Source: Bacillota bacterium (GTDB taxonomy: Bacteria > Bacillota > Clostridia > Christensenellales > UMGS416). Taken from it: 64,000 nucleotides of DNA. Position 1 is the first letter of the stretch; each line of letters starts with the position of its first letter. Under the pieces are notes generated by a model. It worked only from the letters and a program-made list of their open reading frames with translations, did not search any database and had not been told where the DNA came from. Location: assembly GCA_023435705.1 (NCBI GenBank), contig JAEYRH010000009.1, positions 264,572 to 328,571 of the forward strand. The letters are read 5' to 3'. This document shows positions 24,182-34,558 of this stretch, piece by piece. Both the position numbers and the translations under genes were made by a program.

Positions 24182-25246
24182 GTGGAACTGAGCCCGCGCA
24201 AAATAAGGCTGTTGCAAGCCATTATAGACGACTACATCGCAACGGCAGTGCCGGTGGGTTCTCGCACCATATCCAAAAAGTATATGTCGGAGTTTTCGGC
24301 GGCCACAATCCGCAACGAAATGTCCGATCTTGAGGAAATGGGCTATCTGGAGCAGCCGCACACCTCTGCCGGGCGCATCCCCTCAGACCTGGCCTATCGG
24401 GTCTATGTGGACAGGATGCTGCAAGTGGGCGATCTCACGCCCGATGAAACCAAGGTTGTGCGGCGCTATTTCAACAAGCGCATGGAGGAAATGGAGCAGG
24501 TCGTGAAAAGCGCCGCCAGGGTGCTGAGCGACCTCACGGACTATACTTCGTTGGTGCTTTCTCCCCAGCTCATGCGCACCACAGTGAAGCGCCTTCAACT
24601 GGTGCCGGTGACCAAGGGCACAGCCCTTGTGGTGCTTGTGACCGATGCTGCAGTGGTGAAGGACACAATCATCCGCATCCCCGACAGCATGGACAGTGAA
24701 GACCTGCACGGCATCTCCGAGGCGCTCACAAAGCGTTTTGAGGGCCGCAGCATCACGGAGATCAGCCTGCAGGCGGTCAATGAAGTGTTAAGCGACATGG
24801 CCGAGCACCGCCGGTTTTTCGAGACGCTCACCGATACGTTGAGCCGCACTGCCAATCAGGAATCCAATGACGTGGTGCTGGAGGGGGCCTATAACATCTT
24901 CCACCACCCCGAATACCGCAACGATGTGGAACGGGCTCAATCGTTCCTGATGGCATTAGAGACGAAAGACAAGCTGCAAGAGATGCTGGCCCGGTCCACC
25001 AAATGGGAGTTTACGATCACGATCGGCCGGGAAAATGAGATTGACGCGCTGCGCAATATGAGCGTGGTCACCGCTACCTACAAGTTGGGTGACCGGCCCA
25101 TGGGCTCCCTGGGCGTGATTGGTCCCACCCGCATGGATTATGGGCGGGTTGTAAAACTATTGCATTATATCAGCCGGTCGCTTGGCGAGTGCATGTCTGG
25201 CATGCTGGGCGACGGACCGTCAGAACAGGAAGGGAAACAGCTATGA
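24182..25246 (+). CDS. hrcA: Heat-inducible transcription repressor HrcA
   Basis: GTG start. MELSPRKIRLLQAIIDDYIATAVPVGSRTISKKY. 354 aa. First gene of the hrcA-grpE-dnaK order. Confidence 0.95.
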   Translation: MELSPRKIRLLQAIIDDYIATAVPVGSRTISKKYMSEFSAATIRNEMSDLEEMGYLEQPHTSAGRIPSDLAYRVYVDRMLQVGDLTPDETKVVRRYFNKRMEEMEQVVKSAARVLSDLTDYTSLVLSPQLMRTTVKRLQLVPVTKGTALVVLVTDAAVVKDTIIRIPDSMDSEDLHGISEALTKRFEGRSITEISLQAVNEVLSDMAEHRRFFETLTDTLSRTANQESNDVVLEGAYNIFHHPEYRNDVERAQSFLMALETKDKLQEMLARSTKWEFTITIGRENEIDALRNMSVVTATYKLGDRPMGSLGVIGPTRMDYGRVVKLLHYISRSLGECMSGMLGDGPSEQEGKQL

Positions 25247-25809
25247 ACCGAAAAAGAACTGCCCCGGAAGAGGAAATGTTGAAAGCCAACGAAGCAGCGC
25301 AGGATGCTGCCAACGAGTGCGCGGCCTGCGCAGAGGAAGACCAGATCGCCCAGGAAATGAAGCGCCTGACCGAGGAGAGCGAAAAGGCTGCAAAGGAACG
25401 GGATGAATTTCTGAACCTGGCCCAGCGCGTGCAGGCGGATTTTGACAACTACCGCCGCCGCAACCAAAATGCCCGTGAGGATGCCTTCAACGACGGCGTT
25501 CGCGACACGCTGCTGAAGTTCCTGCCGGTGCTCGATAACCTGGAGCGGGCCACCGCAGCCCAGGGAGAGGAAGGCGCTCTGAAGGAGGGCGTGCTGCTTG
25601 TCGTCAAGCAGCTAATCGGCATCCTCACCGCCGCCGGCGTGGAGGAGATCCCGGCGCAGGATTGCGCTTTCGATCCCAACGTGCACAACGCCGTGATGCA
25701 GGAGGCCGTGGATGGCTGCGCAAGCGGCCAGGTGGTGGGCGTGCTGCTAAAGGGTTATACGCACAAGGGACGCGTGCTGCGCCACTGCATGGTAAAGGTT
25801 TCCGAATAG
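25243..25809 (+). CDS. grpE: Nucleotide exchange factor GrpE
   Basis: ATG 25243 in ATGA overlap with the hrcA stop. [34 protein letters not shown]. Confidence 0.95.
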   Translation: MNRKRTAPEEEMLKANEAAQDAANECAACAEEDQIAQEMKRLTEESEKAAKERDEFLNLAQRVQADFDNYRRRNQNAREDAFNDGVRDTLLKFLPVLDNLERATAAQGEEGALKEGVLLVVKQLIGILTAAGVEEIPAQDCAFDPNVHNAVMQEAVDGCASGQVVGVLLKGYTHKGRVLRHCMVKVSE

Positions 25810-25888
25810 GAAACAAACTCCAACCCAAACGGGCTGGATTTTGAATAGAAATAGAAAGAACAGGCATCAAGCCAGGAGGTACATAGAA

Positions 25889-27733
<1,845 letters not shown>

Positions 27734-27771
27734 TACCTCTCACTCTCAACCACTGAAACCCTCACCCCCTG

Positions 27772-27810
27772 CCCCCTCCCCCATGGGATTGGGGGAGGGG
27801 GTAAGGTTTG
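27772..27810 (+). terminator. GC-rich hairpin after dnaK (possible attenuator or terminator)
   Basis: CCCCCTCCCCC (27772-27782) pairs with GGGGGAGGGGG (27791-27801), 8-nt loop, then TAAGGTTTG. Confidence 0.4.
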
Positions 27811-27825
27811 AAATGGGGAGTGTTT

Positions 27826-27972
27826 ACTCCCTCCGGCAGCTTCGCTGCCACCTCCCTCAAGAGGGAGGCAAGTTCGTCAGCGAACAAAATGTTAGGAGTG
27901 TACTTGTCCCCCTCTTGAGGGGGATGTCATCTTTATCGCAGCGTTGCGCTGCGATGTGAAGATGACAGGGGG
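27826..27972 (-). repeat. Modular hairpin repeat, copy A (inverted relative to copy B)
   Basis: The reverse complement shares four blocks with 30304-30457: CCCCCTGTC, a 27-nt identical block (27902-27928), a 22-nt identical block (27851-27872) and a 25-nt block with 1 mismatch (27826-27850). The variable inserts between blocks are themselves hairpins. Confidence 0.75.
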
Positions 27973-28003
27973 GGTCCATTCCAAATCAACAAGGACAACA
28001 CCA

Positions 28004-29038
28004 ATGACCAACTACGCCCTCCTGATCCAGCCCGGCTTCGGAAAGGCCGACCCGGAAGCAGCAAGGCAGCTTTGCCTTGCGGAGTTTGCCGCGCTTTCCC
28101 GTCTTTGCAGCCAACCGGCGGCAGAAACAGAATACGGCGCAATCGGCGGCGTGCCCGCCTTGGAGTTCCGCGTGGCAGGGCCTCTTTCGGAGGCGGATGG
28201 TGCACTCTTGCGGCGTTTGTCGTTTTTCTATGGGTTGTTTGAGGTTGCAGATTTAAATGGCCGGCGGGCGTTATTTCCCGTGGAGCTGCCGGACAGCCGT
28301 TATTTCCCCGACCACCTGGGCAGTATGCTGAAGTATGCCGGCAAAACCAACGAGCGCTTCACGCGCATGATGATCAACCTGGCCCTGTCCAGCTGCCAAA
28401 CCGGCAATAAAGGCGTGATACGCCTGCTGGATCCAATGTGCGGCAAGGGCACCACGCTGTTTGAAGCACTGACTGACGGCATGGATGTGTCCGGTGTGGA
28501 TATCATGCGCTCATACTGGCAGGAAACCCAGAACTATCTGGTGAAATTCCTGGAGAAGGGCCGCTATAAGCACAAAGCTTCCGGCGAGACGGTGCCGGAT
28601 AGCAATGGCCGCAAGCTGGGTGATGTGTTTCTGCTCACAATGGCCAACAACAAGGCCGATTACGATGCCGGCAACGGGCGCGCGCTGCGGCTGGTGCACG
28701 GCGACAGCCGGCAGGCGGCGCTGTTTTTCAAGCGGGCCAGCTTTGATCTGTTGGTGTGCGATCTGCCCTACAACGTGCAGCATGAGGGGCGCAGCTCCAG
28801 CGGCCACGAGGATCTGGCAAAGCTGCTGGATCGATGTCTGCATGGGTGGGTGGCGCTGATGAAGCCCGGCGGCAGCGCGGTACTGTCATTCAATGAGCAC
28901 ACGCTCAAGCGCACCGCCGTGGAAGAAGCACTGGAGCGCCATGGGTTCCAGGTGTTGCGGGAGGAGCCATTCAGTGGCTGCCCCCACCGGGTGGATCAGG
29001 GCATCAAGCGCGATTTTGTGGTGGCGGTTAAGCCATAA
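28004..29038 (+). CDS. SAM-dependent methyltransferase (UPF0020/TRM11-like, DLPY motif IV)
   Basis: 344 aa from ATG 28004. Motif I LLDPMCGKGTTLFEA, motif IV LLVCDLPYNV. The ORF-track start at 27944 lies inside repeat copy A. Confidence 0.8.
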   Translation: MTNYALLIQPGFGKADPEAARQLCLAEFAALSRLCSQPAAETEYGAIGGVPALEFRVAGPLSEADGALLRRLSFFYGLFEVADLNGRRALFPVELPDSRYFPDHLGSMLKYAGKTNERFTRMMINLALSSCQTGNKGVIRLLDPMCGKGTTLFEALTDGMDVSGVDIMRSYWQETQNYLVKFLEKGRYKHKASGETVPDSNGRKLGDVFLLTMANNKADYDAGNGRALRLVHGDSRQAALFFKRASFDLLVCDLPYNVQHEGRSSSGHEDLAKLLDRCLHGWVALMKPGGSAVLSFNEHTLKRTAVEEALERHGFQVLREEPFSGCPHRVDQGIKRDFVVAVKP

Positions 29039-29172
29039 TCATCATATATAGCAATGGAAATATCAGGAATGCCTCTGTCAAGCGGAAACAACGTTTGAAC
29101 CAGGAGGCTTTTTCCTGTAGAATACCATGGTATTGCAGATAAACATTCCCGGGAAGAGGATTGAATCAATTC

Positions 29173-30300
29173 ATGGCTGAGAAACGCGATTATTATGAAG
29201 TATTGGGTGTGGGCCGCGACGCCAGCATCGACGAAATCAAGCGGTCGTTCCGCAAGCTGGCCAAGCAGTACCACCCCGACATGAACGACGGCGACAAGGT
29301 TTCCGAGGCCAAGTTCAAGGAAGTGAATGAGGCCTATGAGGTGCTTTCCGACCCGGACAAGCGGGCCCGCTATGACCAGTTCGGCCATGCGGCCGATCAG
29401 CCGGGCTTTGGCGGCGGCGGCTTCAGCGGCGATTTCGGCGACATTGGCGATATCTTTGATATGTTCACCGGCGGGATTTTCGGTGGCGGCGGGCGCGGCA
29501 GGCCGAAGGGCCCCCAGCAGGGCAACCACCTGCGCTATGACCTCACGATCAGCTTTGAGGAAGCGGCCTTTGGCGTGGAAAAGGAAATCACCTTCACCCG
29601 GGAGGACAACTGCACGGCCTGCGGCGGCACCGGTGCCAAAGCCGGCACCAGCCGCAAGACCTGCCCCACCTGCCATGGCCGGGGCCAGGTGTCCAGCTCC
29701 ATCCGCACACCACTGGGCATGATGAGCACAAGCCGCCCCTGCACCGATTGCGGCGGCGAGGGCACCAAGGTGGAAAGCCCCTGCCCGGAGTGCTCCGGCC
29801 GGGGCCATGTGCGAAAACGCAGGACGCTTAATGTGAAGATCCCCGCCGGCATTGACAACGGCCAGCGCATCGCCGTGCGCGGCGAGGGCGAGCCGGGCAT
29901 CAAAGGCGGCCCCAGCGGCGATTTGTATGTGCACATTGCCGTGCGGCCCCACAAGCTTTTCCAGCGCGATGGTTACGACATTTCCTATGAGCTGCCGATT
30001 ACCTTCTCGCAGGCTGCGCTTGGAGACAAGATTGACGTGCCCTCATTGGAAGGACCGACTGCCTTCACCATCCCAGAGGGCACCCAACCGGGAACCACCT
30101 TCCGCCTGGAAGGCAAGGGCATTACGCGGCTACAAGGCGCCCGCGGCAAGGGCGACCTTTTCATCAAGGTGAAGCTTGAGGTGCCCCAGAAGCTGGACAA
30201 TAAGCAGAAAGACCTGCTCCGCGAGTTTGAGGCCAGCCTGGCCGGCAAACAATACAAGGAGAAAAAGGGGTTTATGGACAGGCTGAAGGAGATGTTCTGA
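29173..30300 (+). CDS. dnaJ: Molecular chaperone DnaJ
   Basis: [13 protein letters not shown]...HPD J-domain, G/F region, four CxxCxGxG zinc motifs. Confidence 0.97.
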   Translation: MAEKRDYYEVLGVGRDASIDEIKRSFRKLAKQYHPDMNDGDKVSEAKFKEVNEAYEVLSDPDKRARYDQFGHAADQPGFGGGGFSGDFGDIGDIFDMFTGGIFGGGGRGRPKGPQQGNHLRYDLTISFEEAAFGVEKEITFTREDNCTACGGTGAKAGTSRKTCPTCHGRGQVSSSIRTPLGMMSTSRPCTDCGGEGTKVESPCPECSGRGHVRKRRTLNVKIPAGIDNGQRIAVRGEGEPGIKGGPSGDLYVHIAVRPHKLFQRDGYDISYELPITFSQAALGDKIDVPSLEGPTAFTIPEGTQPGTTFRLEGKGITRLQGARGKGDLFIKVKLEVPQKLDNKQKDLLREFEASLAGKQYKEKKGFMDRLKEMF

Positions 30301-30303
30301 TCT

Positions 30304-30457
30304 CCCCCTGTCGCATACTGCGACATCCCCCTCAAGAGGGGGACAAGTGAACCCAGTTCAGTGATCTGCTTGCCTCCCTCTTGAGGGAGGCTGGTCGCAA
30401 TCTGCGATTGCTGCTCGCCCTTGCGACCTGGGTGGCAGCGCAGCTGCCGGAGGGAGT
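30304..30457 (+). repeat. Modular hairpin repeat, copy B
   Basis: Starts 4 nt after the dnaJ stop. Contains hairpins GTCGCA-TAC-TGCGAC, TCCCCCTC-AA-GAGGGGGA, CCTCCCTC-TT-GAGGGAGG and GGCAGC-GCA-GCTGCC. Has a 42-nt insert (30391-30432) that is absent from copy A. Confidence 0.75.
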
Positions 30458-30552
30458 TTTTGGCCGGACTTCGTGCCGGCCCTCGCAATAGCCATGAGAA
30501 GAATGTATCTATAAGTAAATGACATTACTGTATTGATCAAAGGAGCATCACC

Positions 30553-31494
30553 TTGGACTGGAAGCAAATCACCGTCGCCACCACCACAGCTGGAGCCGAC
30601 ATGGTCTCGGAAATCCTCATTGAGGCGGGTGCCGCCGGCACCGCCATTGAGGACAGGGCAGAGGTGGAAGCCCAGCAGCGCCTGCCCGGTGACTGGGACT
30701 ATATTGATGAAAACATCCTGAAGAACATGGCCCTGGAAGTGCAGGTGATGGCCTGGTATCCGGTGGACAGCAGGCTTGCTGACACGCTGGTCTATATCCG
30801 CCAGCGCCTGAGCGATGTGCTGGCGATGGATCTGGGCTTTGACGCCGGCACTCTGGTGCTCACCGCCGGTGACGTGAAGGATGAGGACTGGGAAAACAAC
30901 TGGAAGCAGTATTACAAGCCCTTTGAAGTGGGCAAGCGCCTGCTGGTGAAACCGATCTGGGAGAATGCCAGCGGCAACGGCAGGATCATCATCGAAATGG
31001 AGCCCGGCATGGCCTTCGGCACAGGCACCCATGAAACCACCTTTATGTGCCTGGAAATGCTTGATGAGGTTGTGCAGCCCGGCATTGATGTGTGGGACAT
31101 CGGCTGCGGCACCGGCATCCTCTCAGTGGCGGCAGTGCTGCTGGGTGCAAAAGGAGCCGTGGCGGTGGACCGCGACCCGGTGGCCGTGTCCGCAGCGAAG
31201 ATCAACTGCGAGCTCAACCATGTGGAAGGCCTTGTGGATGCGCGGCTCGGTGACCTGATGAAGGGCCTGGCCGGTCATCCCGACCTCATTGTGGCCAACA
31301 TCATCGCTGAGGTCATCATCGCAATGGCTGCCGATGCCTATGCGGCAGTCAAGCCCGGCGGGCTGTTCCTCTGCTCCGGCATCATCCTGGCCCGTGAGGA
31401 AGCAGTGAAACTGGCGCTCCTTGCTGCCGGTTTTACGATCCTTGAGGTCAAGCACATGGGCGAGTGGGTAGCGGTTTTGGCGAAGAAGCCATGA
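30553..31494 (+). CDS. prmA: Ribosomal protein L11 methyltransferase PrmA
   Basis: TTG start after AAAGGAG. MDWKQITVATT..., FGTGTHETT, DIGCGTGILS. Position after dnaJ is conserved in Firmicutes. Confidence 0.93.
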   Translation: MDWKQITVATTTAGADMVSEILIEAGAAGTAIEDRAEVEAQQRLPGDWDYIDENILKNMALEVQVMAWYPVDSRLADTLVYIRQRLSDVLAMDLGFDAGTLVLTAGDVKDEDWENNWKQYYKPFEVGKRLLVKPIWENASGNGRIIIEMEPGMAFGTGTHETTFMCLEMLDEVVQPGIDVWDIGCGTGILSVAAVLLGAKGAVAVDRDPVAVSAAKINCELNHVEGLVDARLGDLMKGLAGHPDLIVANIIAEVIIAMAADAYAAVKPGGLFLCSGIILAREEAVKLALLAAGFTILEVKHMGEWVAVLAKKP

Positions 31495-32822
31495 ACCACA
31501 AGCGCGCCGCCATGGTCACCCTTGGCTGCAAAGTGAACTGGTATGACTCTCAGGCCATGGCCGAAAGCCTTAAGGCTGCTGGCTTTGTTTTGGTTGCCGA
31601 TGGAGAGCCTGCTGATGTCTACATTGTGAATACCTGCGCCGTCACATCAGAGGCGGAGCGGAAATCACGCCAAACGGTGCGTAAACTGCTGCGGTTGCAC
31701 CCCGGTGCCGCCGTGGTCGCTGTGGGCTGCTCGGCGCAGAAAGACCCGCATGGTTATGCCGCCATGGAGGGTTTGGCCGCCGTGAGCGGCATGGAACGCG
31801 GGGCAGTGGTGGATCTTGCGGATCGGGCTGCAGCCGGTGAGCGCGGCATCCTGGAGAAGGCTGTGCCGGTGCAGGTGTTTGAAGACCTGCCCGCCGATGC
31901 CCAGCAGGGTCACACGCGGGCTGTGTTGAAAATTGAGGATGGTTGCGACGCCCATTGCGCCTATTGCATCATCCCTGGCCTGAGAGGGGAGCCAAGGAGC
32001 CGCTCGCTGGCTTCCATCCGCAGGGAGGCGGAGGCACTGGCCGTGAGAGGCTTCCGGGAGATTGTGCTTGTGGGCATCAATCTTGGCCGGTTTGGCGCGT
32101 GCCTGACAGGGCCTGTCACTCTGGCCGATGCCGTGAAGGCTGCCAACGTGCCGGGCATTGCCCGCATCCGTCTGGGCTCGCTCGAGCCCGACGCAGTGAA
32201 TGCGGCGCTGTTGGACAGGCTGGCCTCGATCCTCCCGCTTTGCCCCCATTTTCACCTGTCACTGCAAAGCGGGTCGGCAGAAACGCTGAAACGGATGGGC
32301 CGCCGCTACAATCCGAAGCAGTTCATGGACAAGCTCCGGATGATCCGCGACCGCTGGCCCGATGTGGGCATCACCACCGACGTGATCGTCGGGTTTCCCG
32401 GTGAGACTGAGGAAGAGTTTGCCGAGTCCTGCGCCTTTGTGGCCGCAGCCGGTTTTCTGAAGGTGCATGTGTTTCCCTATTCCCGCCGGGAAGGCACCGC
32501 CGCCGCCGAGTTGCCCGGCCAGCTGCCGAAGGCAGTGAAGGAAGCCCGTGCCGCTGTAATGAAAGCTTCAGCCGCTCCTGGTGCACAGGCGTTTCTCGGC
32601 GGGATGATCGGCAAGACTGTCACTGTGCTCTTTGAGGAGGCGGTGAACGGGCAGCCTGGCTGGCTCCGTGGTTATACCTCCAATTATGTGGATGTGCTCG
32701 CCCCCGCAGATGGGCTCAAGCCCGGGGAGTTTGGCTCCGTGCGGTTGAAAGAGGCGGAGGGCGATGTTATCATTGGAGAAATCAACCAATCCTGCGGCGG
32801 AGGAGGAACTGTAGATGCCTGA
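31491..32822 (+). CDS. mtaB: tRNA t6A37 methylthiotransferase MtaB (radical SAM)
   Basis: ATG in ATGA overlap with prmA. UPF0004 N-domain TLGCKVNWYDS, radical-SAM CDAHCAYC, C-terminal TRAM-like region. Confidence 0.9.
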   Translation: MNHKRAAMVTLGCKVNWYDSQAMAESLKAAGFVLVADGEPADVYIVNTCAVTSEAERKSRQTVRKLLRLHPGAAVVAVGCSAQKDPHGYAAMEGLAAVSGMERGAVVDLADRAAAGERGILEKAVPVQVFEDLPADAQQGHTRAVLKIEDGCDAHCAYCIIPGLRGEPRSRSLASIRREAEALAVRGFREIVLVGINLGRFGACLTGPVTLADAVKAANVPGIARIRLGSLEPDAVNAALLDRLASILPLCPHFHLSLQSGSAETLKRMGRRYNPKQFMDKLRMIRDRWPDVGITTDVIVGFPGETEEEFAESCAFVAAAGFLKVHVFPYSRREGTAAAELPGQLPKAVKEARAAVMKASAAPGAQAFLGGMIGKTVTVLFEEAVNGQPGWLRGYTSNYVDVLAPADGLKPGEFGSVRLKEAEGDVIIGEINQSCGGGGTVDA

Positions 32823-33156
32823 TTGTATCTTTTGCAAAATCGCAAATGGATCCATACCATCTTCAAAAGTATATGAGGACGACAATTACTTTGCGTTCCG
32901 TGACATCAGCCCTGCGGCGCCGGTGCATGTGTTGGTGATTCCCAAACAGCATGTTGCCAATGTGTTGGAGGGCGCCGCTGTGCCCAGTCTCATCGAGGGC
33001 CTGATGGAAGTGGCAGCAAAAGTTGCCCGGCAGGAAGGGCTGGAGGAAAGCGGTTTCCGCCTGGTCGTCAACACCGGTGATGACGGGGGTCAGTCAGTGC
33101 ATCACCTGCACCTGCACATCCTGGGTGGAAGGAAGCTTGCCTGGCCTCCCGGCTGA
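32815..33156 (+). CDS. HIT family (histidine triad) protein
   Basis: 113 aa. CIFCKI, HVLVIPKQH and the HHLHLHILGG triad. Confidence 0.92.
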   Translation: MPDCIFCKIANGSIPSSKVYEDDNYFAFRDISPAAPVHVLVIPKQHVANVLEGAAVPSLIEGLMEVAAKVARQEGLEESGFRLVVNTGDDGGQSVHHLHLHILGGRKLAWPPG

Positions 33157-33185
33157 TTGACAGGCCATGCGATATCGGTTATCCT
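33157..33185 (+). promoter_or_regulatory. Candidate promoter directly after the HIT stop codon
   Basis: TTGACA (33157-33162), 17-nt spacer, TATCCT (33180-33185). The predicted start falls at the left arm of the structured element. Confidence 0.4.
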
Positions 33186-33189
33186 GATA

Positions 33190-33387
33190 TTGCAACATAC
33201 CAAATCCCTGAGAGGTGATTCAGTCCGGACGGCGCAGGCGCGCCTGCTGGAGCAGAGGGGACATCGAAACTGCACACGATGCAAACTGGCCTGTCGGCCT
33301 GTTTTGTGGTGCGTTTGATGATCCGCTCTGTGAGGTTTGAGGAATAAGCCGCAGAGCGGGAGCTCTGCGGCTTTTGGTATGTTGCAA
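33190..33387 (+). ncRNA. Candidate structured RNA element (riboswitch-like leader, sRNA or MITE) bounded by a 15-bp inverted repeat
   Basis: TTGCAACATACCAAA (33190-33204) is the exact reverse complement of TTTGGTATGTTGCAA (33373-33387). The interior has several short hairpins. A 9-bp terminator hairpin (33348-33371) is followed by TTTT. An alternative 8-bp pairing joins CCGCTCTG (33323-33330) with CAGAGCGG (33352-33359). Confidence 0.4.
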
Positions 33388-33410
33388 AGAAATGAAAGGA
33401 TGAAAACCAG

Positions 33411-34244
33411 ATGTATTTTGATTTTTCCAAATGGAGAAGGCCGGAGCCTTATGAGCCCGGCGAAGCTCAGTTCTGGACCGACCCTTACGTTGCAACCCAG
33501 ATGCTTCAGGCCCACCTGGATCCCAATACCGATGCGGCCAGCTTCCGGCCCGAGCGGATTGACGAAGTTTGTGCGTTTCTGAAAAGCAGGCTTGGGCTTT
33601 CTCCAGGTAAATCCATCGTGGATCTGGGCTGCGGCCCTGGGCTGTATTGCCGAAGGCTTGCCGATGCAGGCTGTGATGTGACGGGCATCGATTTCTCCAA
33701 ATCATCGATCGCCTATGCAATCGGCCAGGCGCGGGGCATGGCCAATGCCCCGAAATACCGGGTGGGTAACTATCTGGAATGGTTCGAGCAAGATCAATAC
33801 GACGCGGCAACGCTGATCTATGAGGACTTCGGCGTGCTGTCTCCGGCGGCCCGCAAGCGGCTTCTGGCCAATGTTTACAGCGCGCTCAAGCAAGGGGGGC
33901 TGTTCGCGCTGGATGTCGCCTCCAGCGCTGTATTCCAAAAGCTGCAACAGAAGCCTGCCCGGCATTGGGAGCACAGCTCCGGCGGCTTCTGGCGGCTCCA
34001 TAATCACCTTGTGCTGTATGAGAGGTTTTTGTTTCCGGATATTTCGGCCGCTTGCGAGCAATACGCGGTGACTGACAGCCGCACCGTGATCTATCGGAAC
34101 CACCAGACCTACTACCGGCTGGAGACCATCGCCGATGAGCTTTCTGAAGCCGGATTTTTGGTGGAAGACTGTTATTCGTCTCTTGCGGGCGAGGCTTGGC
34201 GTCCGGACTCTGAGCAGGTGGGCGTTGTCTGCCGCAAGCCATGA
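33411..34244 (+). CDS. Class I SAM-dependent methyltransferase
   Basis: 277 aa. Motif I IVDLGCGPGLYCRRLA, post-I DVTGIDFS. Confidence 0.88.
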   Translation: MYFDFSKWRRPEPYEPGEAQFWTDPYVATQMLQAHLDPNTDAASFRPERIDEVCAFLKSRLGLSPGKSIVDLGCGPGLYCRRLADAGCDVTGIDFSKSSIAYAIGQARGMANAPKYRVGNYLEWFEQDQYDAATLIYEDFGVLSPAARKRLLANVYSALKQGGLFALDVASSAVFQKLQQKPARHWEHSSGGFWRLHNHLVLYERFLFPDISAACEQYAVTDSRTVIYRNHQTYYRLETIADELSEAGFLVEDCYSSLAGEAWRPDSEQVGVVCRKP

Positions 34245-34264
34245 TGGAGTCGCAACAGTGATTT

Positions 34265-34309
34265 GGCGGCGGCCGGTGGCAGCATCCTGCCATCGGCCGG
34301 AAACCGCCG
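34265..34309 (+). terminator. GC-rich hairpin after the methyltransferase gene (no U tract)
   Basis: CGGCCGGTGGCAG-CATC-CTGCCATCGGCCG forms a 13-bp stem (one G-U), extended by GGCGG/CCGCC. Confidence 0.35.
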
Positions 34310-34340
34310 GAAAGAAAGCGGAAATGCAGTAAAAATCTAG

Positions 34341-34370
34341 TTGACAAGAGCTTTACAATGATAGTAGAAT
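34341..34370 (+). promoter_or_regulatory. Promoter of tRNA-Gly/tuf
   Basis: TTGACA (34341-34346), 18-nt spacer, TAGAAT (34365-34370). Confidence 0.55.
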
Positions 34371-34429
34371 GATATCCGGCTTCTCCGCTGCCGGAACTGC
34401 GGCGCTTTGGAGTTGCCATGCGGGTTTTT

Positions 34430-34503
34430 GCGGGTGTAACTCAATGGTAGAGTTCTAGCTTCCCAAGCTAGCTACGTGGGTTCGATTCCCATCACCCGCT
34501 CCA
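34430..34503 (+). tRNA. tRNA-Gly (anticodon CCC)
   Basis: Hand-folded cloverleaf. Acceptor GCGGGTG/CACCCGC, D arm ACTC-AATGGTA-GAGT, anticodon arm CTAGC-TTCCCAA-GCTAG, T arm GTGGG-TTCGATT-CCCAT, encoded CCA. Confidence 0.9.
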
Positions 34504-34558
34504 AACACTATTTAGCACTCGGCTGAGTTCCGGAGTAGCAAAAGGAGGAAGTTTCCAA

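Noticed and set aside
27944-28003. Longer start (27944 or 27962) for the methyltransferase between dnaK and dnaJ.
   Set aside because: These codons lie within hairpin repeat copy A and encode MRCDVKMTGGVHSKSTRTTP, which has no counterpart in a methyltransferase fold. ATG 28004 is preferred, but the start remains uncertain because its RBS is weak.
33205-33260. Possible SRP RNA (GUCCGGA..GCAG), TPP (CUGAGA), cobalamin (GGUG..UCC) or SAM-I aptamer.
   Set aside because: Only isolated short motifs match. The order and remaining conserved segments are absent when compared by eye (SRP GGAA tetraloop context, TPP ACCC/AACCUGA, B12 box GCCACUG, S-box GAGGGA before GGUGC). An Infernal scan is needed, so no class is assigned.
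33348-33377. Reading the hairpin plus T-run simply as the terminator of the HIT gene.
   Set aside because: It lies 190 nt past the HIT stop and behind a promoter-like TTGACA-17-TATCCT. Its T-run is part of a 15-bp long-range repeat, and an exact 8-bp competing pairing exists upstream. It is therefore reported as part of a larger structured element.
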